This document shows positions 28,614 to 38,101 of a DNA stretch of 64,000 nucleotides, one piece after another. How positions within the stretch are numbered: the stretch's first letter is position 1; the number at the start of each line of letters is the position of its first letter. This DNA is from a virus. The notes below the pieces were generated by a model. It was not told where the DNA came from. It ran no database searches and saw only the letters and a program-made list of their open reading frames with translations. A program made the position numbers and the translations under genes. The stretch is from positions 32,001-96,000 of the IMG/VR virus record IMGVR_UViG_3300040796_000034, one strand, 5' to 3'.

Positions 28614-29038
28614 TTTCCCATTTCTGCAATAGGTAAGAGTAAATCAAGATAATGTAATTGAGATATCAAAGAAGGGTTCTCTGCTACATCATCGGGGGTT
28701 ACTCGAAGATTATCCTCTTGAATCGCTGAAGTAAAAAAGATTGAACCTAATTGTGTCAAGTCATCTTCTATTTCACTTAAATTAAAACCTGCCTTAGCTT
28801 TACCTACGACAGGTAACATTTTTGCTAAAGTACACATTTTATCCCAAGTTGTATCGTCTTTGATAGTAGTTCCAATACTTAAGTTGTTTACAAAAAACTC
28901 TTCTAGTATTTCTAGTTGTAACTGTTCAACCTCCCTATATTTAATACGGGGGACTCTTTTTACAATATACTCTTTAACTACTATCTCATTATTATCTTGT
29001 TCGTTGTATTCTTTAATCTGTACTTTAAAATGTTTCAT
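28559..29038 (-). CDS. Tail assembly chaperone (gpG-like)
   Basis: Lies between tail tube and tape measure genes; contains the slippery site. Confidence 0.75.
   Translation of the reverse strand: MKHFKVQIKEYNEQDNNEIVVKEYIVKRVPRIKYREVEQLQLEILEEFFVNNLSIGTTIKDDTTWDKMCTLAKMLPVVGKAKAGFNLSEIEDDLTQLGSIFFTSAIQEDNLRVTPDDVAENPSLISQLHYLDLLLPIAEMGKRIEKRLTHRMSQIQNDE
28613..28619 (-). other. Programmed -1 ribosomal frameshift site G GGA AAG
   Basis: ATG GGA AAG in frame; same heptamer as lambda G/T. Confidence 0.85.
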
Positions 29039-29040
29039 TA

Positions 29041-29781
29041 TTATTCACACACTAGAAGTTCATCAGTCCAGGTATATTCAATCGGTTTACAAGCACCTAA
29101 TGGGGTATAAGCTTTGAGTGTAAGTCCGATTGTCTCACCGTTAAAGTCAATACCAGAGTCCGTAAACGAGAGTTGTACTTTAGGTGCATACACATAACCT
29201 AGTCGATTACTAGATGATAACACGACACCCGCTAAGGAGTGTAGTTGTAAAGGTGTATTACTTAAAGAGAACCCAGTTGTACTCTTCTTATATCGAACAC
29301 TGACAGTCTCTAAAGCATCTACTAAAGCTGCATCAAAAGTAACTACATCAGCTAACACCGTATATTCTGTATCTAGTGTTAATAGAACAGACTCATGTAA
29401 ATCATTTTTGTAAGAAATTTCTAATTCAGTGAAACCAGTAGGTAAAGTAATACTGTCTCCAATTTTTCCACCAAGCTCATAAGCCTCAGTAACATAGACA
29501 TCTGTTGTTTCACTAATACCTTCATAACCCAGTTTAAGGTACTGAAGTTCGGGGCTGTTAATTGGATACTCTAAGCTGATTATTGGAGTTTCTCCTGTTA
29601 AGTAGGATGCAACTTCTCTTATTAAGCCACCTTGTCTTCCCATAATCTGTCTTTCATTACGACCGGGGTCGTAAGTGAAATTAGAAGGGACGGGTAAGTG
29701 GTAAACAACTCCATCAGATAATCTTTTTAAATGTAATTCGACTACACCTCTAGGAGTTTCATAGTATTTTTGTTGTGTCAT
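29041..29781 (-). CDS. Major tail tube protein
   Basis: 246 aa, beta-rich, in the canonical position upstream of chaperone and tape measure. Confidence 0.65.
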   Translation of the reverse strand: MTQQKYYETPRGVVELHLKRLSDGVVYHLPVPSNFTYDPGRNERQIMGRQGGLIREVASYLTGETPIISLEYPINSPELQYLKLGYEGISETTDVYVTEAYELGGKIGDSITLPTGFTELEISYKNDLHESVLLTLDTEYTVLADVVTFDAALVDALETVSVRYKKSTTGFSLSNTPLQLHSLAGVVLSSSNRLGYVYAPKVQLSFTDSGIDFNGETIGLTLKAYTPLGACKPIEYTWTDELLVCE

Positions 29782-29808
29782 TTTTGTATCTTATTTTTTA
29801 AAGGTTAA

Positions 29809-30330
29809 TTACTCTACTACAGTAATATTTGTAGTAAGGTAGGAATAGACTGCCTGATTTAATTCACTCATCAAGGTTCTATACTGAAACGTCAGACCTC
29901 GTTGTATCATTAAAGGGCAGGTCGGACTTAAAAGAGCGTTGTTAATTGCTTTAGATATACCGTGAAGTAATGGTTGAAGTTTTTCTTGTTCTGGTAATAC
30001 AAGGCTGTAGTGAATGTTAATAGTGTTGGTATTATTTAAAGACCTATTACTAAAACTACTACTAACTCTAAAGACTTTTAATAAAGGAAAATCTGAATTA
30101 GATAGACTGTAAGCATCGTAAAATTTAACAGTTCGTACAATTTTATCTCCTAAAGAGTATCCATGTTTTTTAGCTGAGGTAAGGTACATCCGATTAAGGG
30201 TGTCATACAGATATAGACCAAGACTTTCTACTGTATTGTCTTTATGAAAGACTGTATCAGACTCAAGAAAACCTCGACCATCTGTACTATCTTTCACTAT
30301 TAACTGATTAAGTCTGTCGTTTGGTATCAT
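29809..30330 (-). CDS. Tail terminator/completion-like protein
   Basis: Position; 'DFPLLKV' segment typical of tail terminators. Confidence 0.45.
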   Translation of the reverse strand: MIPNDRLNQLIVKDSTDGRGFLESDTVFHKDNTVESLGLYLYDTLNRMYLTSAKKHGYSLGDKIVRTVKFYDAYSLSNSDFPLLKVFRVSSSFSNRSLNNTNTINIHYSLVLPEQEKLQPLLHGISKAINNALLSPTCPLMIQRGLTFQYRTLMSELNQAVYSYLTTNITVVE

Positions 30331-30910
30331 TCTTTTTAGTCTTTTTCTTCTTACCTTTATCTTTTTCAGCTTTCTCGTCTTCTAATATCTGCATCTCTAC
30401 TTCAGGAACATACTCAGTTTCCATGTATTCTCTGCCTTTCATAAAGTAAGTCATTAAATACAACGCTACCTTTTCTGATAATTCATCGTGTATAAACATA
30501 AATCTACGTCTTGGTACACCTCTACCAGGTTCACCATACTGATGACTGTCAGCATAAGGGACAAGTGTTACATACTCAAAAGAATCGTTCTGTATCCTAA
30601 AATAAGATTCCTGGTTATCTACGAGTAAAGACCTGTACAATCTACCAGTATCTTTTAGAATCTGTTTACCTTGTCTTCTAGGATTCCTTTGTAAAGTTAC
30701 TTCAGAAAGGGGTTCCCAGTATTCTCCACCATAGACTATACCTCCACTTTCTACTGAAGGCGCTGTCCTAAACCTTATTTCAAAATCTTCTTTAACTATG
30801 TTTTTTAAACCAATCTCTACTTCATAAAGGTTAGCTCTACGATTACCTACAGCTTCTACAAACTCATTGTAGCCTAAATATGCGGTTAAATCTATTTCAA
30901 GTTTAGCCAT
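30308..30910 (-). CDS. Virion morphogenesis protein (Mu gpG / P2 gpS-like)
   Basis: WEPLSEVT, ILKDTGRLYRSL, VPYADSHQYG, VPRRRFM. Confidence 0.8.
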   Translation of the reverse strand: MAKLEIDLTAYLGYNEFVEAVGNRRANLYEVEIGLKNIVKEDFEIRFRTAPSVESGGIVYGGEYWEPLSEVTLQRNPRRQGKQILKDTGRLYRSLLVDNQESYFRIQNDSFEYVTLVPYADSHQYGEPGRGVPRRRFMFIHDELSEKVALYLMTYFMKGREYMETEYVPEVEMQILEDEKAEKDKGKKKKTKKNDTKRQT

Positions 30911-30911
30911 A

Positions 30912-31778
30912 TTAACAAGGGCTTATTGTAATTTGTCCACATTCAATTACATATTGTTCATCTAAGGAATTATCTACAATTAATTCGTAGTTAAATTTCC
31001 TATCAATAGATGATTGTGGGAAAAGACTCATATCAGAAGTCCTTAATTGAATTTGATAAATCAACTCTTTCTTATTATCTTCAAGTAGAGTTTCACTACG
31101 AAGAATAATTGAATTATCTCGATATCTTGTAGATTTATCTATTACTAAGTTGTTTCCATCAAATACTTTGAAAAGAATAGCTGTACCGATTTGAGATATC
31201 TGTTTCCCATATAAATAAAAGTCAATAGCATAGTTGTTAAGTCTTTTAAGTTTTTGATTCTTAAAAGCTTTGTCGCCTAACATTAAGTCACCGCTTGGGG
31301 GTGTAGTCATCATGTATCGTTGTACAGGATTTACTACAAAATGAGACTCATCAATCCCTATTTCACTACCTATATTTCTTATGTAATTTGTCTTTGCAAA
31401 GGTATTACATGAATCAATATAGGCAGACATTTCTAAACTTCTTTCTTTATTTGGGCTAACATCTATATCAAAGGTTTCTAAATATGTTGAAGCTTTCATA
31501 GACCTTTCATAATACACTTTTGAAAGCATATTACTTATATCTGTTTTAGCTGAAACATATAAAGCACTTGATTTATTTGGAACTACTGAAACACTAAAAC
31601 TATCAAGATAACTTTTTGCCGTCGCACTACGCTCAAAGAATACATCAGACATTACTGTATTAGCAGAATCCAATACAGCTTTATTAGATAAACTCCTTTC
31701 AAAAAAGAGAAGAGCATTGTCTAGTTGAATGTTTGAAGTATCTAAATAGGTCGTACATTGTAAGTTATATGTAGTCAT
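30912..31778 (-). CDS. Structural protein with degenerate ~21-aa 'ERS' repeats and beta-rich C-terminal domain
   Basis: Repeated FFERS/YYERS/KERS units. Confidence 0.5.
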   Translation of the reverse strand: MTTYNLQCTTYLDTSNIQLDNALLFFERSLSNKAVLDSANTVMSDVFFERSATAKSYLDSFSVSVVPNKSSALYVSAKTDISNMLSKVYYERSMKASTYLETFDIDVSPNKERSLEMSAYIDSCNTFAKTNYIRNIGSEIGIDESHFVVNPVQRYMMTTPPSGDLMLGDKAFKNQKLKRLNNYAIDFYLYGKQISQIGTAILFKVFDGNNLVIDKSTRYRDNSIILRSETLLEDNKKELIYQIQLRTSDMSLFPQSSIDRKFNYELIVDNSLDEQYVIECGQITISPC

Positions 31779-31779
31779 G

Positions 31780-32631
31780 TTATTCAGAAATAGTTATAGA
31801 ATTAATACCGATTTTAAGTTTGTCATCTTCAAATAAGACTACACTTTTACTACTATCAAAATTATTTGCATAGAGTAAAGAAGTCATACCTGTTGCGGTT
31901 TTATAAATCGCGTAAGACTTTGCTTGTGGCCAATCAGCGGTAGCTTTTTCAAAAATAAGCACCAGTAAGTTCACTGCATTACGACCTGTAACTGACCAAT
32001 TTGAGCCATCACAAGGGATTGGTAAACGTAAGTAACCGGGTGCTGTAGTAACGTCAAATTCTTTAATGTCTCCAGTTGTCGGAGTATTTGTATTAACTAA
32101 ATCACTACCTAATGCTAAAAATACTTGAGAAGGTGTTTCAAAAATCTCAGAACGTAATAGTTTTAACTGAGAGTTTGCTAAATAATCACTTTTTTTACTC
32201 AGAGTATTGTCTGATTTAGTTTCAGAAATAACTAACTTACCGGGTGGGATATTAAAGTTATCACCAACTCCAATAGAGCGAGCTAAATCAATGTGACCAT
32301 AGTAAAGAATATTACCTGCTGTAGAAGCATCAAAAATACCAAAAGCTACAACACTTGGATAAATTTCTAAAGCATCGTTGAAGGTTATATCTTGCTGATT
32401 ATGGATTTGCCTATTACTAGGTTCACTCCAATATGCTGTACCCAATGGATACGCTACTCTAGCATATCCTGTAGTACCAGGAATTTCTGTAAAATTACTT
32501 CCATCTGTTGCGGGTAAAGTGCTAGATAAGGCTATGAAAACATTACCAGCGGTGTTAGGTAAGGATACTACGTCTCCAGTTAAGAAGCTAAGTAAGTTAC
32601 CTGCTAAAATTGTTGATTTACGGTCTGCCAT
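31780..32631 (-). CDS. Structural protein with tandem duplicated domain
   Basis: Two copies of 'VF.AL...E.....GY.R....WS...N....F..A....P.....I' motif common in phage structural proteins. Confidence 0.6.
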   Translation of the reverse strand: MADRKSTILAGNLLSFLTGDVVSLPNTAGNVFIALSSTLPATDGSNFTEIPGTTGYARVAYPLGTAYWSEPSNRQIHNQQDITFNDALEIYPSVVAFGIFDASTAGNILYYGHIDLARSIGVGDNFNIPPGKLVISETKSDNTLSKKSDYLANSQLKLLRSEIFETPSQVFLALGSDLVNTNTPTTGDIKEFDVTTAPGYLRLPIPCDGSNWSVTGRNAVNLLVLIFEKATADWPQAKSYAIYKTATGMTSLLYANNFDSSKSVVLFEDDKLKIGINSITISE

Positions 32632-32634
32632 ATT

Positions 32635-33126
32635 TTATATGTATCTTTTGTATTTGTTATAAATCTGTGTGTATCCAGGTGACATATCTGTTTTATGTTG
32701 AATTTTCTGCCCCTCTTTAAGTAACTCTACTTCTTTTTCTTGAATATCATAAAACATTAAGTCTTGATTACTTGTAAACTCTGTAGGTATGTCAACTAAT
32801 GAAATAGATTGATAGTAGTCAAACAGACCTTCTCTATGTTCATTATAGCAATTAATCCAAATACATCTATCTTTAGGTATCTTGTATTGAGATAGAACTT
32901 TAGTGATTAATAAATACCTTCCATTAGTTATATCAGAACCTTTATGGTCGTCTAAATCTTTTACCGTTACAAGCCAGTAGTGATATGGTATCCATCTGAA
33001 ATAGTAATCTTTAAGGTCTTCATCTCTTACGGGGCTGTAGATGTTTAAAATACATTTACTATCATCGTTTGACCATTCAAATACATGGTCTTTGGGTTGG
33101 TTATAAAGCTTTAGAATCGGTTCCAT
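32635..33126 (-). CDS. Hypothetical protein
   Basis: 163-aa ORF in operon. Confidence 0.6.
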   Translation of the reverse strand: MEPILKLYNQPKDHVFEWSNDDSKCILNIYSPVRDEDLKDYYFRWIPYHYWLVTVKDLDDHKGSDITNGRYLLITKVLSQYKIPKDRCIWINCYNEHREGLFDYYQSISLVDIPTEFTSNQDLMFYDIQEKEVELLKEGQKIQHKTDMSPGYTQIYNKYKRYI

Positions 33127-33131
33127 AATTG

Positions 33132-33440
33132 TTAATCTTTCAAATATTTACCAATACGAGCTTTGTAAACTTCTTTTTCTCTACCTAATTCTGTATGACT
33201 GTTAGGTGTTACTTCTGGCGCTAAATCACTTCTATCAAAACCTTTTTGACTTCTATCAAACGGGCTTACAGGTCTAGTTATCGGACCTAGCGTATTACTA
33301 GGAGATAAGTTATTAGCCTCTCTAGCCATTTTATATTTCATAGTCTCTAAACTACGTTCTTTCTCTTTACGTTCTCTAATCTCTTCGCTGAAGGGGTTTA
33401 GTCTTAAACTTTGTCTTACGGGAAATCTTGGTTGCATCAT
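33132..33440 (-). CDS. Basic hypothetical protein
   Basis: 102 aa, Arg/Pro-rich. Confidence 0.55.
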   Translation of the reverse strand: MMQPRFPVRQSLRLNPFSEEIRERKEKERSLETMKYKMAREANNLSPSNTLGPITRPVSPFDRSQKGFDRSDLAPEVTPNSHTELGREKEVYKARIGKYLKD

Positions 33441-33624
33441 ATTTATTTCTCTTCCTATTTTTGTAAGCAGTATAACCTGCCATACTTAAACCGCCTAATG
33501 TAGCAATACCGAGTCCAACCCTGTAGTCAAATTTCCTACGACCTTTTATACCGTCATAAGCATAAGGGATTGTTCTTGCATCGCCCGCTACATCTATGTA
33601 TTTAGCCATTACTAATCTCGGCAT
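33376..33624 (-). CDS. Small basic protein with Gly-rich hydrophobic segment
   Basis: VGLGIATLGGLSMAGYTAY followed by KNRKRNK. Confidence 0.6.
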   Translation of the reverse strand: MPRLVMAKYIDVAGDARTIPYAYDGIKGRRKFDYRVGLGIATLGGLSMAGYTAYKNRKRNKYDATKISRKTKFKTKPLQRRD

Positions 33625-34234
33625 TCATTGGTCTATTTCTTCCACCTCGTTTAGGCTCATCTTCAAAGTTGATACCTAATTTATCGAGAGTGTCTTTACC
33701 CATTCTACCAATCATTACAGTTGAAGGAGTTAATAAATCTCGTCTTCTGTTTCTCATAGGAGTGTGAATAAGTATTAATGGATGAGCTTCTGTAGAACCT
33801 TCTTCTCTATTATAAGAGACTCCAGGGATATAGATGTTTGTGCCTACGAAATAAGCCTTAAGCTCTTCTCTAGCCCGCTGTAACATCGTTCCACCGTATC
33901 CACTGTCTCCACCTAGTGAAGGTACAAGAGAGGTATCATACAGGGATATTGCTAACTCAGCTAATACAAACTTTTCTACAATATCTTTAAGTACAACCTT
34001 ATCTCTCTCATCTACAGGTAATACATAAAGAGTCCCAAAGTAAACGTCAATCTTATGTTCAACTTGATGAACAATATCTTCAACTAACTCAGGGTCTATA
34101 GTTTGACTTATAACTCCCGTCTCGTCTAAAGGTATTAATGCAGATTGAAATACGTTAGCTCTCCTACCTATTTTACGATTAAGAGATGTGAAGGATGTGT
34201 ACCTAAATTCTTTATCCATAACTCTATTTAGCAA
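33602..34234 (-). CDS. Head-tail adaptor (Mu gp36/DUF1320-like)
   Basis: IDVYFGTLYVLPV resembles the 'ID.YL..RY.LP' motif; downstream of the capsid gene. Confidence 0.55.
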   Translation of the reverse strand: MLNRVMDKEFRYTSFTSLNRKIGRRANVFQSALIPLDETGVISQTIDPELVEDIVHQVEHKIDVYFGTLYVLPVDERDKVVLKDIVEKFVLAELAISLYDTSLVPSLGGDSGYGGTMLQRAREELKAYFVGTNIYIPGVSYNREEGSTEAHPLILIHTPMRNRRRDLLTPSTVMIGRMGKDTLDKLGINFEDEPKRGGRNRPMNAEISNG

Positions 34235-34478
34235 ATTTGCGTAATGTACTAATCCATCCTCTAATCTCTCTTGATGTAGAAGCTCCTGTAGATACGGTAT
34301 CTTTAGCCAGTCTAGCTCTGTGATAGCTTCCTACATTTTCAATATCGTCTTTATTGCTTGGTTTACTGGGGCCAGAAGGACCGGGCTTAACTCGTTCTTT
34401 TGTATTCTTCCGTCTTAGACCGTGAAAGCCTTTGTCTTTTTGTTCTTTGGCAAAGTTTACAAATCTTCTAGGCATCAA
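34224..34478 (-). CDS. Small basic protein
   Basis: 84 aa, Lys/Arg-rich, N-terminal RFVNF. Confidence 0.55.
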   Translation of the reverse strand: MMPRRFVNFAKEQKDKGFHGLRRKNTKERVKPGPSGPSKPSNKDDIENVGSYHRARLAKDTVSTGASTSREIRGWISTLRKFAK

Positions 34479-34815
34479 AATTAGTCCTCCCTGGTAAACC
34501 GGATGGCGTACTTAAAAGTTTCTTTTCTTTTTTCAGTTTATCTTTAATCTCATCTTTATTCATTGCCATATTCATTAAGTTAAGGTACTCATCGTTAATT
34601 TTAAAGCGCTCTCTAAGTATTTCTAATACACCTAAGCCTGTACCTCCAATAATGGCAAAAAGAGCTTGAAAAGATTCTTGAGTAACTACACCATCATCTA
34701 AATAGTCGTAATAAATATTTAAACAAGGTGTAGAAACTGAAATAAGAAAAGTAAGACTTACTACATAGAATAAAGGTGTTGTAAAAAAATTCTTTGTATC
34801 TTTATTTTTGCTCAT
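34468..34815 (-). CDS. Two-TM membrane protein (holin-like)
   Basis: Two hydrophobic segments and a charged C-terminus. Confidence 0.45.
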   Translation of the reverse strand: MSKNKDTKNFFTTPLFYVVSLTFLISVSTPCLNIYYDYLDDGVVTQESFQALFAIIGGTGLGVLEILRERFKINDEYLNLMNMAMNKDEIKDKLKKEKKLLSTPSGLPGRTNFDA

Positions 34816-35179
34816 ACCTAATAACTCCTCGTTCTACAGTTAGCAAAGCAGTGTCAGGGAATGTTACTAATATTTCATAATCTATTTTAAGATTATAACT
34901 ATCAGGTATTCCCGTAATTTCTAAAGTGTCGATTAATGTTTCAAACTGAATTTTATTAGTATCAGAGTATATTTCAATTAACGGTTTTGTTAAAGAAAAT
35001 ACTGGTGTACTGTAATTATGTGAAAGAATGATTTGACAAGTGCTTCCCAGTAGAGTAGAGCTATCTAATACATTCTCTCTTTCCAAGATGACACCTACAG
35101 GTAAATCATCTCCTTCATACAAGACACTGCCTTTAAATTTGTTCTCTAACCACCTTTTATAGACATTAACTTTTAGCAT
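34802..35179 (-). CDS. Hypothetical structural protein
   Basis: 125 aa, beta-rich, YEILVTF...TVERGVI. Confidence 0.55.
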   Translation of the reverse strand: MLKVNVYKRWLENKFKGSVLYEGDDLPVGVILERENVLDSSTLLGSTCQIILSHNYSTPVFSLTKPLIEIYSDTNKIQFETLIDTLEITGIPDSYNLKIDYEILVTFPDTALLTVERGVIRYEQK

Positions 35180-35592
35180 ATAAAATCCTCTTGTATCGTT
35201 TTACTGTAATTAATTCTTTTAGAAATATCTTTAAAATCTAAGACTAAATTAATTTGATAACTACGTTCAGTTCGATACGTTAAAAGCTTGTCTATAAAAG
35301 CTGTCTCTACATTTATCTGAGGTATGTAAATCTGAAACTCTACAACAGCATACATCCTTTTAAAAAAGAATATGACTGAAGTATCTATTTCAGAATCTAG
35401 TTCAAATAAGGTAATCCCACTAAGTTTATCAATAATCGTACCATTAAAAGTAAGACTAGAGAAATCAAAACTGTTGTTATTATCTTCTATCTTAAATTTT
35501 AAAGATATATTGTCTTCAAAGTTGAGTTTTTTATACTCGATATCTAATGCTAAAGGATTAGTTAGACTTAGTTGATTCTGTTTCATTCTCAA
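35173..35592 (-). CDS. Hypothetical structural protein
   Basis: 139 aa in operon. Confidence 0.55.
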   Translation of the reverse strand: MRMKQNQLSLTNPLALDIEYKKLNFEDNISLKFKIEDNNNSFDFSSLTFNGTIIDKLSGITLFELDSEIDTSVIFFFKRMYAVVEFQIYIPQINVETAFIDKLLTYRTERSYQINLVLDFKDISKRINYSKTIQEDFIC

Positions 35593-36034
35593 TCACATAA
35601 CCTAGTTTAGTGTAGTCTTTCTCAGGTTTTACAAGACTATTAAAAGACTTCCAATCTTTAAAAGGTCTCTTTTCTAAAATAATATTAATCTTTTTAAGAG
35701 TAAAATCTTGAGAATCTAACATTTCCTTTTTTTCTAAAGTGTTTAAATTCTTCTTATTAACAATAGTTACTTTAGAAGTATCAAAAACCTCTTGGTTAAT
35801 AGGGAGACGACCTTTAGTCTCTTCACCTATTTGCGTATCAATTAATCTTTCACGGTCTAAACTATTATCAATCTTTTCATAAACAGGTGTTTGATTATCG
35901 TTTAATTTAATAATATCAGCACTGTGTTTATCTAAAAGTTCTTGTGATAGTTCCCCTTCTTTATAAGGAGTCTGTGAAGGGTAGTAAATGTTTCCAAATC
36001 TATCCCATATTGTCTTTTTTAGTAAATATTGCAT
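35558..36034 (-). CDS. Post-capsid protein with degenerate HhH-like C-terminus
   Basis: NLNTLEKKEM...IILEKRPFKDWKSF resembles ComEA-type helix-hairpin-helix. Confidence 0.4.
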   Translation of the reverse strand: MQYLLKKTIWDRFGNIYYPSQTPYKEGELSQELLDKHSADIIKLNDNQTPVYEKIDNSLDRERLIDTQIGEETKGRLPINQEVFDTSKVTIVNKKNLNTLEKKEMLDSQDFTLKKINIILEKRPFKDWKSFNSLVKPEKDYTKLGYVIENETESTKSN

Positions 36035-36040
36035 ACTAAT

Positions 36041-37219
36041 CTAGTTAACCTGGTGTGTAAAGAAATACTTAGGATTTAATGCAATTGGTAAGAATGTACT
36101 AATTACGGATACTAAATCCATTGGAGGACTTTGTTTCTTTTCTTCAATGTGTACATAAAAACCCGTCTTAGGTTCTGGGATTCTATCTCCACCAGTTACA
36201 ACAACCTTACTAGATTCAAGTACGGGGCCGATAGCAGATAAGCCCATACCTTTTCTTGCAAAAGAGTATTTGTTATTAGGATAGAAACGAGTTGGTATTT
36301 CTTCACCCTTCTCATTTTCTTCATAATACTTATAATCTATTGTTTGGATTGGTGGAATACCTCTAATCTGAAGCATCTTATCTAACACTTCTGGAGATAC
36401 TGTACCGACTTGAGCAACTGTTAAACTCGATGCCGCATCCTTGGTACTCTTTTGTTGTAAAAGTTTTAAATACAAGTCTCTACTCATAATCACAGCATCA
36501 GGAGGGAATCCGTTAGTGTCAATGTAAGTGTTTACATCTTCAAACAAATTCTGAAGTCCGTTAGCGTTTTCTGTATCATCCCACTTATTTAGTGTAGGAG
36601 TGACTGTATTACCTGTAGCTACTAAAGCAGCCGGATAGTGATTATAGATTACGCCTGGTTTTTTCCAATCAATAGAAAGACGAGATTCTGTACGGTTATC
36701 TACATAATCTACTTGACATTTCTCTAATACTTGAAACTTAAGACTGTCTTGACGTACAATAACACCTTTAATTAGAGAGTCAACTGTACCGTAGATATAG
36801 GATGCTAGCTCATCCCTAGAACCTTTACGAATAATACTACCATCAGCAGCATAATCGTGAGTTACCGATAAACCTTTCCACTGTGCATCGTACATAGCAT
36901 CTCTCATTTCCCACTGTCTCTCTTCATCAAAGATAGTCCCTAGACCTATCTTGATTAATTGAGACCTAACTCGGTCAAGCTTACCGCTCATCGTTAATGG
37001 GATTTCAGCACCGTAAGCTACGATAGATGCAGCTTTGATAATACGTTCAGTAAGTAACTGTTGGAAATTCCTAGATTCAAAAGTCTTATTAGTGAAGTAA
37101 TCATCGATAATATTATCTCTTCGGTCTCGGTTTAAATACCAGACTAAAGTATCATCAGTGAGAACATCAACTGTACGAGACTCTTTTCTTGTTTCTAAGA
37201 AACTTTTAATAAAAGCCAT
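36041..37219 (-). CDS. Major capsid protein (lambda gpE-like, HK97 fold)
   Basis: 392 aa; ASIVAYGAEIP, KWDD, GFPPDAVIMSR, FYPNNKY, FLP; follows protease, scaffold and cement genes. Confidence 0.8.
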   Translation of the reverse strand: MAFIKSFLETRKESRTVDVLTDDTLVWYLNRDRRDNIIDDYFTNKTFESRNFQQLLTERIIKAASIVAYGAEIPLTMSGKLDRVRSQLIKIGLGTIFDEERQWEMRDAMYDAQWKGLSVTHDYAADGSIIRKGSRDELASYIYGTVDSLIKGVIVRQDSLKFQVLEKCQVDYVDNRTESRLSIDWKKPGVIYNHYPAALVATGNTVTPTLNKWDDTENANGLQNLFEDVNTYIDTNGFPPDAVIMSRDLYLKLLQQKSTKDAASSLTVAQVGTVSPEVLDKMLQIRGIPPIQTIDYKYYEENEKGEEIPTRFYPNNKYSFARKGMGLSAIGPVLESSKVVVTGGDRIPEPKTGFYVHIEEKKQSPPMDLVSVISTFLPIALNPKYFFTHQVN

Positions 37220-37257
37220 AGTTTGTTATTTTCTTATATTCTGTGAATTAATGAGAT

Positions 37258-38088
37258 TTAACCCCATTTAGTTTTTATTTCAATTAGGGGTAGATGCTTT
37301 TTAATAGTTGCATCATAGTGAGGTAGATGTCCTTTATAGACTTTACCTTGGTTACATCCTGCAAGATTAAGTGTAGGTTGATTTGTTAAGTCATAACTAT
37401 GAAAAGTTAAGCAAAAAATATTATCTACTTCAACTCCAATAGGCATTCCTATAGGAGCAGCTTCCGTAATAGTACCTGTCATTACAATTTCTTCAGTGTC
37501 TAAATCAATGTAGGATACTGTACCAATAGTTGCTGGCGCATTAATCGTAGCATTTCCCGCACCAAGACTACCTGTTAAGGTCATAGTCTCTTGGGTTACA
37601 CCATCTGTACTGTAAAAATAGATGTCATCTTCATAAGCAAAGAATGTGTACACCTCTGTTAAAGACGTATAGCGATTCAACTCATTAGCAAACATTACAG
37701 CGGCTTCCTGTACGGTACTTGCACCAGTAGGAGTATAACTGTAGGTAATACCTTTAACAGCTACAGAACCAATTGCAACGGAGCTTACAGTAATTACACC
37801 ATAAGGAGCTATGTGTTTAATAACATCTCCGTTAGTGAATACAAAAGGGTTTTCCACTTTAATGCGTACACCACTAGGAGCTACCGTTACAGTACCTCTT
37901 GGTAGGAATCTATTTTCTTCACCAATTTTCGCTACGAATGTACCTGCTGGCACTGTTCGTTTACCTTGTTTGTTTAAAGAAATCTTTTCGTTGGTGATGT
38001 GAAAAGAATAAGGTGTAGAAATATAATCAGGAAAGGCAAAAATAGCTTTATCCTGAGAATATGTAGGGTCTCTTAATACAAAACTCAT
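37258..38088 (-). CDS. Head decoration/cement protein
   Basis: GKRTVPAGTFVA...VYKGHLP motifs; directly upstream of the major capsid gene. Confidence 0.65.
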   Translation of the reverse strand: MSFVLRDPTYSQDKAIFAFPDYISTPYSFHITNEKISLNKQGKRTVPAGTFVAKIGEENRFLPRGTVTVAPSGVRIKVENPFVFTNGDVIKHIAPYGVITVSSVAIGSVAVKGITYSYTPTGASTVQEAAVMFANELNRYTSLTEVYTFFAYEDDIYFYSTDGVTQETMTLTGSLGAGNATINAPATIGTVSYIDLDTEEIVMTGTITEAAPIGMPIGVEVDNIFCLTFHSYDLTNQPTLNLAGCNQGKVYKGHLPHYDATIKKHLPLIEIKTKWG

Positions 38089-38101
38089 ATTTTATTTTTG
38101 T

